From: a virus
Lineage: Duplodnaviria; Heunggongvirae; Uroviricota; Caudoviricetes
DNA: 14,703 bases
Strand: one strand, 5' to 3'
IMG/VR virus record: IMGVR_UViG_2529292910_000005
The position numbers and the translations under genes are program-made. Below the pieces are notes generated by a model. The model made no database searches, was not told where the DNA came from, and saw nothing but the letters and a program-made list of their open reading frames with translations. Every line of letters starts with the position of its first letter. Within the stretch, counting starts at the first letter, position 1. This document shows positions 7,529-14,703 of the stretch, piece after piece.

Positions 7529-8025
7529 TGCCTCCATCATTACGAAAAGCCGTTGCTGCTGCTATTGGTGGCGGAGCAATTGCTATAGCATCAGTGTTAA
7601 TTACTGGCCCAAGTGGTAACGATGGTCTGGAAGGTGTCAGCTACGTACCATACAAAGATATCGTTGGCGTATGGACTGTATGTCACGGACACACCGGAAA
7701 AGACATCATGCTCGGTAAAACGTATACCAAAGCAGAATGCAAAGCACTCTTGAATAAAGACCTTGCCACTGTCGCCAGACAAATTAACCCGTACATCAAA
7801 GTCGATATACCGGAAACAACGCGCGGCGCTCTTTACTCATTCGTTTACAACGTGGGTGCTGGCAATTTCAGAACATCGACGCTTCTTCGCAAAATAAACC
7901 AGGGCGATATCAAAGGCGCATGTGATCAGCTACGTCGCTGGACATATGCTGGCGGTAAGCAATGGAAAGGTCTCATGACTCGTCGTGAGATTGAGCGTGA
8001 AATCTGTTTGTGGGGTCAGCAATGA
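7528..8025 (+). CDS. rrrD: SAR (signal-anchor-release) endolysin, lysozyme family, 165 aa
   Basis: N-terminal Gly/Ala-rich weakly hydrophobic segment ([20 protein letters not shown]) followed by a T4-lysozyme-like catalytic region (...[24 protein letters not shown]...). Start overlaps the holin stop. Confidence 0.9.
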   Translation: MPPSLRKAVAAAIGGGAIAIASVLITGPSGNDGLEGVSYVPYKDIVGVWTVCHGHTGKDIMLGKTYTKAECKALLNKDLATVARQINPYIKVDIPETTRGALYSFVYNVGAGNFRTSTLLRKINQGDIKGACDQLRRWTYAGGKQWKGLMTRREIEREICLWGQQ

Positions 8026-8483
8026 ACAGAGTAACCGCGATTATCTCCGCTCTGGTTATCTGCATCATCGTCTACCTGTCATGGGCTGTTAATCATTACC
8101 GTGATAACGCCATTACCTACAAAGCCCAGCGCGACAAAAATGCCAGAGAACTGAAGCTGGCGAACGCGGCAATTACTGACATGCAGATGCGTCAGCGTGA
8201 TGTTGCTGCGCTCGATGCAAAATACACGAAGGAGTTAGCTGATGCGAAAGCTGAAAATGATGCTCTGCGTGATGATGTTGCCGCTGGTCGTCGTCGGTTG
8301 CACATCAAAGCAGTCTGTCAGTCAGTGCGTGAAGCCACCACCGCCTCCGGCGTGGATAATGCAGCCTCCCCCCGACTGGCAGACACCGCTGAACGGGATT
8401 ATTTCACCCTCAGAGAGAGGCTGATCACTATGCAAAAACAACTGGAAGGAACCCAGAAGTATATTAATGAGCAGTGCAGATAG
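8022..8483 (+). CDS. rzpD: Rz i-spanin (inner-membrane spanin subunit), 153 aa
   Basis: [23 protein letters not shown]... has an N-terminal transmembrane domain and a coiled-coil-like periplasmic part ending ...YINEQCR. Matches lambda Rz as I recall it. ATG 8022 overlaps the endolysin stop. Confidence 0.85.
   Translation: MNRVTAIISALVICIIVYLSWAVNHYRDNAITYKAQRDKNARELKLANAAITDMQMRQRDVAALDAKYTKELADAKAENDALRDDVAAGRRRLHIKAVCQSVREATTASGVDNAASPRLADTAERDYFTLRERLITMQKQLEGTQKYINEQCR
8242..8424 (+). CDS. rzoD: Rz1 o-spanin lipoprotein, embedded in the +1 frame of Rz, 60 aa
   Basis: [60 protein letters not shown]: lipobox V-V-G-C and proline-rich mature part. Entirely inside the Rz gene. Confidence 0.8.
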   Translation: MRKLKMMLCVMMLPLVVVGCTSKQSVSQCVKPPPPPAWIMQPPPDWQTPLNGIISPSERG

Positions 8484-8508
8484 AGTTGCCCATATCGATG
8501 GGCAACTC
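8483..8508. terminator. Strong hairpin between convergent Rz and bor; putative bidirectional terminator
   Basis: Perfect 11-bp inverted repeat GAGTTGCCCAT / ATGGGCAACTC around a 4-nt loop (ATCG). Flanks are only moderately T-rich. Confidence 0.45.
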
Positions 8509-8514
8509 ATGCAA

Positions 8515-8808
8515 TTATTGTGAGCAATACACACGCGCTTCCAGCGGAGTATAAATGCCTAAAGTAATAAAACCGAGCAATCCATTTACGAATGTTTGCT
8601 GGGTTTCTGTTTTAACAACATTTTCTGCGCCGCCACAAATTTTGGCTGCATCGACAGTTTTCTTCTGCCCAATTCCAGAAACGAAGAAATGATGGGTGAT
8701 GGTTTCCTTTGGTGCTACTGCTGCCGGTTTGTTTTGAACAGTAAACGTCTGTTGAGCACATCCTGTAATAAGCAGGGCCAGCGCAGTAGCGAGTAGCATT
8801 TTTTTCAT
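8515..8808 (-). CDS. bor: Bor lipoprotein (serum-resistance, Iss family), 97 aa
   Basis: MKKMLLATALALLITGCAQQTFTVQNKPAAVAPKETITHHFFVSGIGQKKTVDAAKICGG... Lipobox I-T-G-C. Matches lambda Bor as I recall it. Confidence 0.9.
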   Translation of the reverse strand: MKKMLLATALALLITGCAQQTFTVQNKPAAVAPKETITHHFFVSGIGQKKTVDAAKICGGAENVVKTETQQTFVNGLLGFITLGIYTPLEARVYCSQ

Positions 8809-9098
8809 GGTGTTATTCCCGATGCTTTTTGAAGTTCGCAGAATCGTATGTGTAGAAAATTAAACAAACCCTAAACAATGAGTTGAAATTTCATATTGTT
8901 AATATTTATTAATGTATGTCAGGTGCGATGAATCGTCATTGTATTCCCGGATTAACTATGTCCACAGCCCTGACGGGGAACTTCTCTGCGGGAGTGTCCG
9001 GGAATAATTAAAAACGATGCACACAGGGTTTAGCGCGTACACGTATTGCATTATGCCAACGCCCCGGTGCTGACACGGAAGAAACCGGACGTTATGAT

Positions 9099-9509
9099 TT
9101 AGCGTGGAAAGATTTGTGTAGTGTTCTGAATGCTCTCAGTAAATAGTAATGAATTATCAAAGGTATAGTAATATCTTTTATGTTCATGGATATTTGTAAC
9201 CCATCGGAAAACTCCTGCTTTAGCAAGATTTTCCCTGTATTGCTGAAATGTGATTTCTCTTGATTTCAACCTATCATAGGACGTTTCTATAAGATGCGTG
9301 TTTCTTGAGAATTTAACATTTACAACCTTTTTAAGTCCTTTTATTAACACGGTGTTATCGTTTTCTAACACGATGTGAATATTATCTGTGGCTAGATAGT
9401 AAATATAATGTGAGACGTTGTGACGTTTTAGTTCAGAATAAAACAATTCACAGTTTAAATCTTTTCGCACTTGATCGAATATTTCTTTAAAAATGGCAAC
9501 CTGAGCCAT
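9099..9509 (-). CDS. ybcV: DUF1398-family protein YbcV-like (lambda right-arm accessory ORF), 136 aa from the ATG with a Shine-Dalgarno
   Basis: ORF 9099..9632. The internal ATG at 9507-9509 is preceded by GGAAGG ([31 protein letters not shown]...). Longer alternative starts at 9551 and 9632 lack an obvious Shine-Dalgarno. Confidence 0.75.
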   Translation of the reverse strand: MAQVAIFKEIFDQVRKDLNCELFYSELKRHNVSHYIYYLATDNIHIVLENDNTVLIKGLKKVVNVKFSRNTHLIETSYDRLKSREITFQQYRENLAKAGVFRWVTNIHEHKRYYYTFDNSLLFTESIQNTTQIFPR

Positions 9510-9794
9510 TGGTAAAACCTTCCATGTGATACGAGGGCGCGTAGTTTGCATTATCGTTTTTATCGTTTCAATCTGGTCTGACCTCTTTGTGTTTTGTTGA
9601 TGATTTATGTCAAATATTAGGAATGTTTTCACTTAATAGTATTGGTTGCGTAACAAAGTGCGGTCCTGCTGGCATTCTGGAGGGAAATACAACCGACAGA
9701 TGTATGTAAGGCCAACGTGCTCAAATCTTCATACAGAAAGATTTGAAGTAATATTTTAACCGCTAGATGAAGAGCAAGCGCATGGAGCGACAAA

Positions 9795-10001
9795 ATGAAT
9801 AAAGAACAATCTGCTGATGATCCCTCCGTGGATCTGATTCGTGTAAAAAATATGCTTAATAGCACCATTTCTATGAGTTACCCTGATGTTGTAATTGCAT
9901 GTATAGAACATAAGGTGTCTCTGGAAGCATTCAGAGCAATTGAGGCAGCGTTGGTGAAGCACGATAATAATATGAAGGATTATTCCCTGGTGGTTGACTG
10001 A
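9795..10001 (+). CDS. ybcW: Small acidic protein YbcW-like, 68 aa
   Basis: [72 protein letters not shown] at 9782-9785. Divergent from ybcV. Confidence 0.65.
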
Positions 10002-10165
10002 TCACCATAACTGCTAATCATTCAAACTATTTAGCCTGTGACAGAGCCAACACGCAGTCTGTCACTGTCAGGAAAGTGGTAAAACTGCAACTCAATTACT
10101 GCAATGCCCTCGTAATTAAGTGAATTTACAATATCGTCCTGTTCGGAGGGAAGAACGCGGGATGT

Positions 10166-10360
10166 TCATTCTTCATCACTTTTAATTGATGTATATGCTC
10201 TCTTTTCTGACGTTAGTCTCCGACGGCAGGCTTCAATGACCCAGGCTGAGAAATTCCCGGCCCCTTTTTGCTCAAGAGCGATGTTAATTTGTTCAATCAT
10301 TTGGTTAGGAAAGCGGATGTTGCGGGTTGTTGTTCTGCGGGTTCTGTTCTTCGTTGACAT
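10166..10360 (-). CDS. ylcI: Small basic protein with ribbon-helix-helix-like N-terminal pattern (YlcI-like, DUF3950), 64 aa
   Basis: MSTKNRTRRTTTRNIRFPNQMIEQINIALEQKGAGNFSAWVIEACRRRLTSEKRAYTSIKSDEE. Arg-rich N-terminus then a beta-strand/helix pattern typical of RHH DNA-binding proteins. Last gene before cos. Confidence 0.65.
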   Translation of the reverse strand: MSTKNRTRRTTTRNIRFPNQMIEQINIALEQKGAGNFSAWVIEACRRRLTSEKRAYTSIKSDEE

Positions 10361-10547
10361 GAGGTTGCCCCGTATTCAGTGTCGCTGATTTGTATTGTCT
10401 GAAGTTGTTTTTACGTTAAGTTGATGCAGATCAATTAATACGATACCTGCGTCATAATTGATTATTTGACGTGGTTTGATGGCGTAGATGCACGTTGTGA
10501 CATGTAGATGATAATTATTATCATTTTGCGGGTCCTTTCCGGCGATC

Positions 10548-10575
10548 CGACAGGTTACGGGGCGGCGACCTCGCG
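10548..10575. other. cos: cosN: joined cohesive-end site; the 12-nt lambda cohesive-end sequence GGGCGGCGACCT is at 10560-10571
   Basis: Sequence ...CAGGTTACG|GGGCGGCGACCTCGCGGGTTTTCGCTATTTATGAAAATTTTCCGG... reads as the lambda right end joined to the left end, as I recall it. Confidence 0.85.
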
Positions 10576-10748
10576 GGTTTTCGCTATTTATGAAAATTTT
10601 CCGGTTTAAGGCGTTTCCGTTCTTCTTCGTCATAACTTAATGTTTTTATTTAAAATACCCTCTGAAAAGAAAGGAAGCGACAGGTGCTGAAAGCGAGCTT
10701 TTTGGCCTCTGTCGTTTCCTTTCTCTGTTTTTGTCCGTGGAATGAACA
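10576..10748 (+). promoter_or_regulatory. cosB region (terminase small-subunit binding sites and IHF site) between cosN and the Nu1 start
   Basis: Positional inference from the lambda cos layout. Individual R and I elements were not mapped. Confidence 0.55.
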
Positions 10749-11294
10749 ATGGAAGTCAACAAAAAGCAGCTGGCTGACATTTTCGGTGCGAGTATCCGTA
10801 CCATTCAGAACTGGCAGGAACAGGGAATGCCCGTTCTGCGAGGCGGTGGCAAGGGTAATGAGGTGCTTTATGACTCTGCCGCCGTCATAAAATGGTATGC
10901 CGAAAGGGATGCTGAAATTGAGAACGAAAAGCTGCGCCGGGAGGTTGAAGAACTGCGGCAGGCCAGCGAGGCAGATCTCCAGCCAGGGACTATTGAGTAC
11001 GAACGCCATCGACTTACGCGTGCGCAGGCCGACGCACAGGAACTGAAGAATGCCAGAGACTCCGCTGAAGTGGTGGAAACCGCATTCTGTACTTTCGTGT
11101 TGTCGCGGATCGCAGGTGAAATTGCCAGTATTCTCGACGGGATCCCCCTGTCGGTGCAGCGGCGTTTTCCGGAACTGGAAAACCGACATGTTGATTTCCT
11201 GAAACGGGATATCATCAAAGCCATGAACAAAGCAGCCGCGCTGGATGAACTGATACCGGGGTTGCTGAGTGAATATATCGAACAGTCAGGTTAA
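10749..11294 (+). CDS. nohD: Terminase small subunit Nu1 (NohD-like), 181 aa
   Basis: MEVNKKQLADIFGASIRTIQNWQEQGMPVLRGGGKGNEVLYDSAAVIKWYAERDAEIEN... includes the N-terminal winged helix-turn-helix region. Matches lambda Nu1 as I recall it. Confidence 0.9.
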   Translation: MEVNKKQLADIFGASIRTIQNWQEQGMPVLRGGGKGNEVLYDSAAVIKWYAERDAEIENEKLRREVEELRQASEADLQPGTIEYERHRLTRAQADAQELKNARDSAEVVETAFCTFVLSRIAGEIASILDGIPLSVQRRFPELENRHVDFLKRDIIKAMNKAAALDELIPGLLSEYIEQSG

Positions 11295-12330
11295 CAGGCT
11301 GCGGCATTTTGTCCGCGCCGGGCTTCGCTCACTGTTCAGGCCGGAGCCACAGACCGCCGTTGAATGGGCGGATGCTAATTACTATCTCCCGAAAGAATCC
11401 GCATACCAGGAAGGGCGCTGGGAAACACTGCCCTTTCAGCGGGCCATCATGAATGCGATGGGCAGCGACTACATCCGCGAGGTGAATGTGGTGAAGTCTG
11501 CCCGTGTTGGTTATTCCAAAATGCTGTTGGGTGTTTATGCCTACTTCATAGAGCATAAGCAGCGCAACACACTTATCTGGTTGCCGACGGATGGTGATGC
11601 CGAGAACTTTATGAAAACCCACGTTGAGCCGACCATCCGCGATATTCCGTTGCTGCTGGCGCTGGCTCCGTGGTATGGCAAAAAGCACCGGGATAACACG
11701 CTCACCATGAAGCGTTTTTCCAATGGTCGTGGCTTCTGGTGCCTGGGCGGTAAAGCGGCAAAAAACTACCGTGAAAAGTCGGTGGATGTGGCGGGTTATG
11801 ATGAACTTGCTGCCTTTGATGAGGATATTGAACAGGAAGGCTCTCCGACGTTCCTTGGCGACAAACGTATTGAAGGCTCGGTCTGGCCAAAGTCCATCCG
11901 TGGCTCCACCCCCAAAGTGAGAGGCACCTGCCAGATTGAGCGTGCAGCCAGTGAATCCCCGCATTTTATGCGTTTTCATGTTGCCTGTCCGCACTGCGGG
12001 GAGGAGCAGTACCTTAAATTTGGCGATAAAGAGACGTCGTTTGGCCTCAAATGGACGCCGGATGATCCCTCCAGCGTGTTTTATCTCTGCGAACATAATG
12101 CCTGCGTCATCCGCCAGCAGGAACTGGACTTCACTGATGCCCGTTATATCTGCGAAAAGACCGGGATCTGGACCCGTGATGGCATTCTCTGGTTTTCGTC
12201 ATCCGGTGAAGAGATTGAGCCGCCGGACAGCGTGACCTTTCACATCTGGACGGCGTACAGCCCGTTCACCACCTGGGTGCAGATTGTCAAAGACTGGATG
12301 AAAACGAAAGGGGATACCTTCTGCCCGTAA
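11269..12330 (+). pseudogene. A: Terminase large subunit gpA, N-terminal about 349 codons only (lambda gpA is 641 aa); truncated at a deletion junction
   Basis: MNISNSQVNRLRHFVRAGLRSLFRPEPQTAVEWADANYYLPKESAYQEGRWETLPF... follows lambda gpA up to ...[12 protein letters not shown], then diverges (FCP, stop at 12328-12330). Start overlaps the Nu1 3' end as in lambda. Confidence 0.85.
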
Positions 12331-12331
12331 G

Positions 12332-13516
12332 GTGAATGGTAAGGCGCTTTCAGCGGATATAACACTGACGCCGAAAGATATTGGTACGCTTAACTCAACA
12401 ACAATGTCATTCAGCGGTGGTGCTGGTTGGTTCAAATTAGCAACGGTAACCATGCCACAGGCGAGTTCTGTTGTTTCAATTACGTTGATTGGTGGCGCGG
12501 GATTTAACGTGGGGTCACCTCAACAGGCAGGTATATCTGAACTTGTTTTGCGTGCAGGTAATGGTAATCCGAAGGGGATTACTGGTGCTTTATGGCAGCG
12601 CACATCGACAGGGTTTACAAATTTTGCCTGGGTCAATACATCTGGTGATACTTACGATATTTACGTTGCAATCGGAAATTATGCGACTGGTGTAAATATT
12701 CAATGGGATTATACCAGTAATGCCAGCGTGACGATTCATACGTCACCAGCATATTCTGCTAATAAGCCGGAAGGGTTAACGGACGGTACAGTTTATTCAC
12801 TCTATACGCCATCAGAGCAGTTTTATCCGCCTGGCGCACCAATCCCGTGGCCATCAGATACCGTTCCGTCTGGCTATGCCCTGATGCAGGGGCAGACTTT
12901 TGACAAATCTGCATACCCGAAACTTGCAGCCGCTTATCCGTCAGCCGTGATCCCTGATATGCGTGGCTGGACGATTAAGGGCAAACCCGCCAGTGGTCGT
13001 GCCGTATTGTCTCAGGAACAGGACGGCATTAAATCGCACACCCACAGCGCCAGCGCATCCAGTACGGATTTGGGGACGAAAAACACATCGTCGTTTGATT
13101 ACGGAACCAAATCCACGAATAACACCGGGGCGCATACCCATAGTATTAGCGGGACTGCAAATAGTGCCGGTGCGCACCAACACAAGAGTTCCGGTGCATT
13201 TGGTGGCACGAACACGAGCATTTTCCCTAATGGTTATACCGCGATTTCAAATCTAAGCGCGGGGATTATGAGCACAACAAGCGGTAGTGGCCAGACTCGT
13301 AATGCAGGGAAGACATCATCAGATGGTGCTCATACCCACTCGCTGTCCGGCACTGCTGCAAGCGCAGGCGCACATGCACATACTGTCGGTATTGGTGCTC
13401 ATACGCACTCCGTTGCGATTGGCTCACACGGACACACCATCACCGTTAACGCTGCTGGTAACGCGGAAAACACCGTCAAAAACATCGCATTTAACTATAT
13501 TGTGAGGCTTGCATAA
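12332..13516 (+). pseudogene. stf: Side tail fibre protein, C-terminal portion only (394 codons open), with repeated His-x-His boxes; 5' end removed by the same deletion
   Basis: Open frame begins one nucleotide after the gpA-remnant stop with no native start context (GTG at 12332). Content is fibre-like (Ser/Thr/Gly/Asn-rich; repeated GAHTHS / GAHQHK / GAHAHT / GSHGHT motifs at about 13030-13450). Followed immediately by tfa. Confidence 0.75.
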
Positions 13517-14097
13517 TGGCATTCAGAATGAGTGAACAACCACGGACCATAAAAATTTATAATCTGCTGGCCGGAACTAATGAATTTATTGGTGAAGGTG
13601 ATGCATATATTCCGCCTCATACAGGTCTGCCAGCAAACAGTACCGATATTGCACCGCCAGATATTCCGGCTGGCTTCGTGGCTGTTTTCAACAGTGATGA
13701 GTCATCGTGGCATCTTGTTGAAGACCATCGGGGTAAAACAGTTTATGACGTGGCATCAGGGGACGCGTTATTTATTTCTGAACTCGGCTCATTACCGGAA
13801 AATGTTACCTGGTTATCCCCGGAAGGGGAGTTTCAGAAGTGGAACGGCACAGCCTGGGTGAAGGATACGGAAGCAGAAAAACTGTTCCGGATCCGGGAGG
13901 TGGAAGAAACAAAAAACAGCCTGATGCAGGTAGCCAGTGAGCATATAGCGCCGCTTCAGGATGCTGTGGATCTGGAAATCGCAACGGAGGAAGAAACCTT
14001 GTTGCTGGAAGCCTGGAAAAAGTATCGGGTATTGCTGAACCGTGTTGATACGTCAACTGCACAGGATATTGAATGGCCAGTAGCACCTATAGGGTAA
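13516..14097 (+). CDS. tfa: Tail fibre assembly protein (Tfa chaperone), 193 aa
   Basis: [59 protein letters not shown]... ATG 13516 overlaps the fibre stop (TAATG). Typical Tfa size and position. Confidence 0.8.
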   Translation: MAFRMSEQPRTIKIYNLLAGTNEFIGEGDAYIPPHTGLPANSTDIAPPDIPAGFVAVFNSDESSWHLVEDHRGKTVYDVASGDALFISELGSLPENVTWLSPEGEFQKWNGTAWVKDTEAEKLFRIREVEETKNSLMQVASEHIAPLQDAVDLEIATEEETLLLEAWKKYRVLLNRVDTSTAQDIEWPVAPIG

Positions 14098-14361
14098 ATT
14101 CGTAATGATTACCTAAATACGTTATTCTTTTGTTCAAAAAGTGATTTTGCTATAGATAGGGAGTATGTTCTTGGATTAAGAATAAAAATCGCCATGAAAG
14201 AGCTTCATGGCGAGTACATAAACGTACAAAATGTGATGAAAGTAGAGTGGCGTAAGCCACTATATTAAGATGTGACAATAGCGAAGAAAAGTAAATAACA
14301 TTTTATGGACGTTTAATTGTTAATTATAAAAACTAGAGTGCCCGATATTGTTTACCTTGCT

Positions 14362-14703
14362 GGTAATGACTCCAACTTATTGATAGTGTTTTATGTTCAG
14401 ATAATGCCCGATGACTTTGTCATGCAGCTCCACCGATTTTGAGAACGACAGCGACTTCCGTCCCAGCCGTGCCAGGTGCTGCCTCAGATTCAGGTTATGC
14501 CGCTCAATTCGCTGCGTATATCGCTTGCTGATTACGTGCAGCTTTCCCTTCAGGCGGGATTCATACAGCGGCCAGCCATCCGTCATCCATATCACCACGT
14601 CAAAGGGTGACAGCAGGCTCATAAGACGCCCCAGCGTCGCCATAGTGCGTTCACCGAATACGTGCGCAACAACCGTCTTCCGGAGCCTGTCATACGCGTA
14701 AAA
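14362..14703 (-). mobile_element. IS1: IS1, second copy, inverted relative to copy 1; only the insB-side 342 bp are inside the window
   Basis: 14362 begins GGTAATGACTCCAACTTATTGATAGTG (IS1 end). Minus-strand ORF 14377..14643 gives the intact InsB C-terminus (...[65 protein letters not shown]). insA and the other end lie beyond the window. Confidence 0.9.

Noticed and set aside
8322-8808. ORFs 8322..8534 (minus) and 8596..8796 (plus)
   Set aside because: Antisense to Rz/Rz1 and to bor respectively. The genuine genes on the opposite strands match lambda proteins.
9629-9962. Minus-strand ORFs 9629..9868 and 9756..9962
   Set aside because: Overlap the ybcV-ybcW divergent intergenic region and are antisense to ybcW. 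No ribosome-binding sites.
10376-10633. 85-aa minus-strand ORF upstream of ylcI
   Set aside because: Spans the cos site (cosN 10560-10571) and known non-coding lambda end sequence. No start context.
10650-11230. Minus-strand ORFs of 179 and 120 aa, and plus-strand 10684..10890
   Set aside because: Overlap the cosB region and the Nu1 gene, which is in the correct frame and matches lambda Nu1.
11329-12096. 255-aa minus-strand ORF (plus 11541..11723, 11702..11890, 11723..11920, 11936..12235)
   Set aside because: Overlaps the terminase gpA remnant, whose frame matches lambda. These are shadow ORFs in GC-rich coding DNA.
12199-13505. ORFs 12199..12453, 12489..12695, 12941..13183, 12963..13256, 13287..13505, 13580..13861, 13805..14086
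   Set aside because: Alternative-frame or antisense ORFs within the tail fibre remnant and tfa. No start signals and low-complexity translations.

Overview
This window is a heavily decayed lambdoid prophage of the DLP12 type (Escherichia-like host), pierced and bracketed by IS1. Everything below is read from the sequence and from memory of lambda, DLP12 and IS1; no searches were run.

Order, left to right:
- int 3' remnant (-) and bet internal remnant (-), joined by deletion scars
- an AT-rich segment with a small hydrophobic ORF (-)
- IS1 copy 1 (+), with a 9-bp target duplication, inserted between codons 4 and 5 of a lipoprotein gene
- a second, glycine-zipper lipoprotein gene overlapping the first
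- nin-region genes ylcH, ybcN (ninB family), ninE, ybcO, rusA, ylcG and the Q antiterminator (+)
- a hairpin-rich spacer, then an intact OmpC/OmpF-family porin (nmpC/lc type, -)
- an intrinsic terminator, then a lysis cassette: S21-type holin, SAR endolysin, Rz with embedded Rz1 (+)
- bor (-), ybcV (-), ybcW (+), ylcI (-)
- a joined cos site, then Nu1/nohD (+)
- terminase large subunit cut off at about codon 349 and abutted to the C-terminal part of a side tail fibre gene, then tfa
- IS1 copy 2 (-), running off the window end

No rRNA, tRNA or CRISPR array was recognised. Immunity, replication, head and tail genes are absent, so the element is cryptic.

The best candidate for uncharacterised cargo is the 1.0-3.4 kb segment: the small membrane ORF plus the IS1-hit two-lipoprotein operon. 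I cannot assign it a function from sequence alone, and nothing here proves a novel system.
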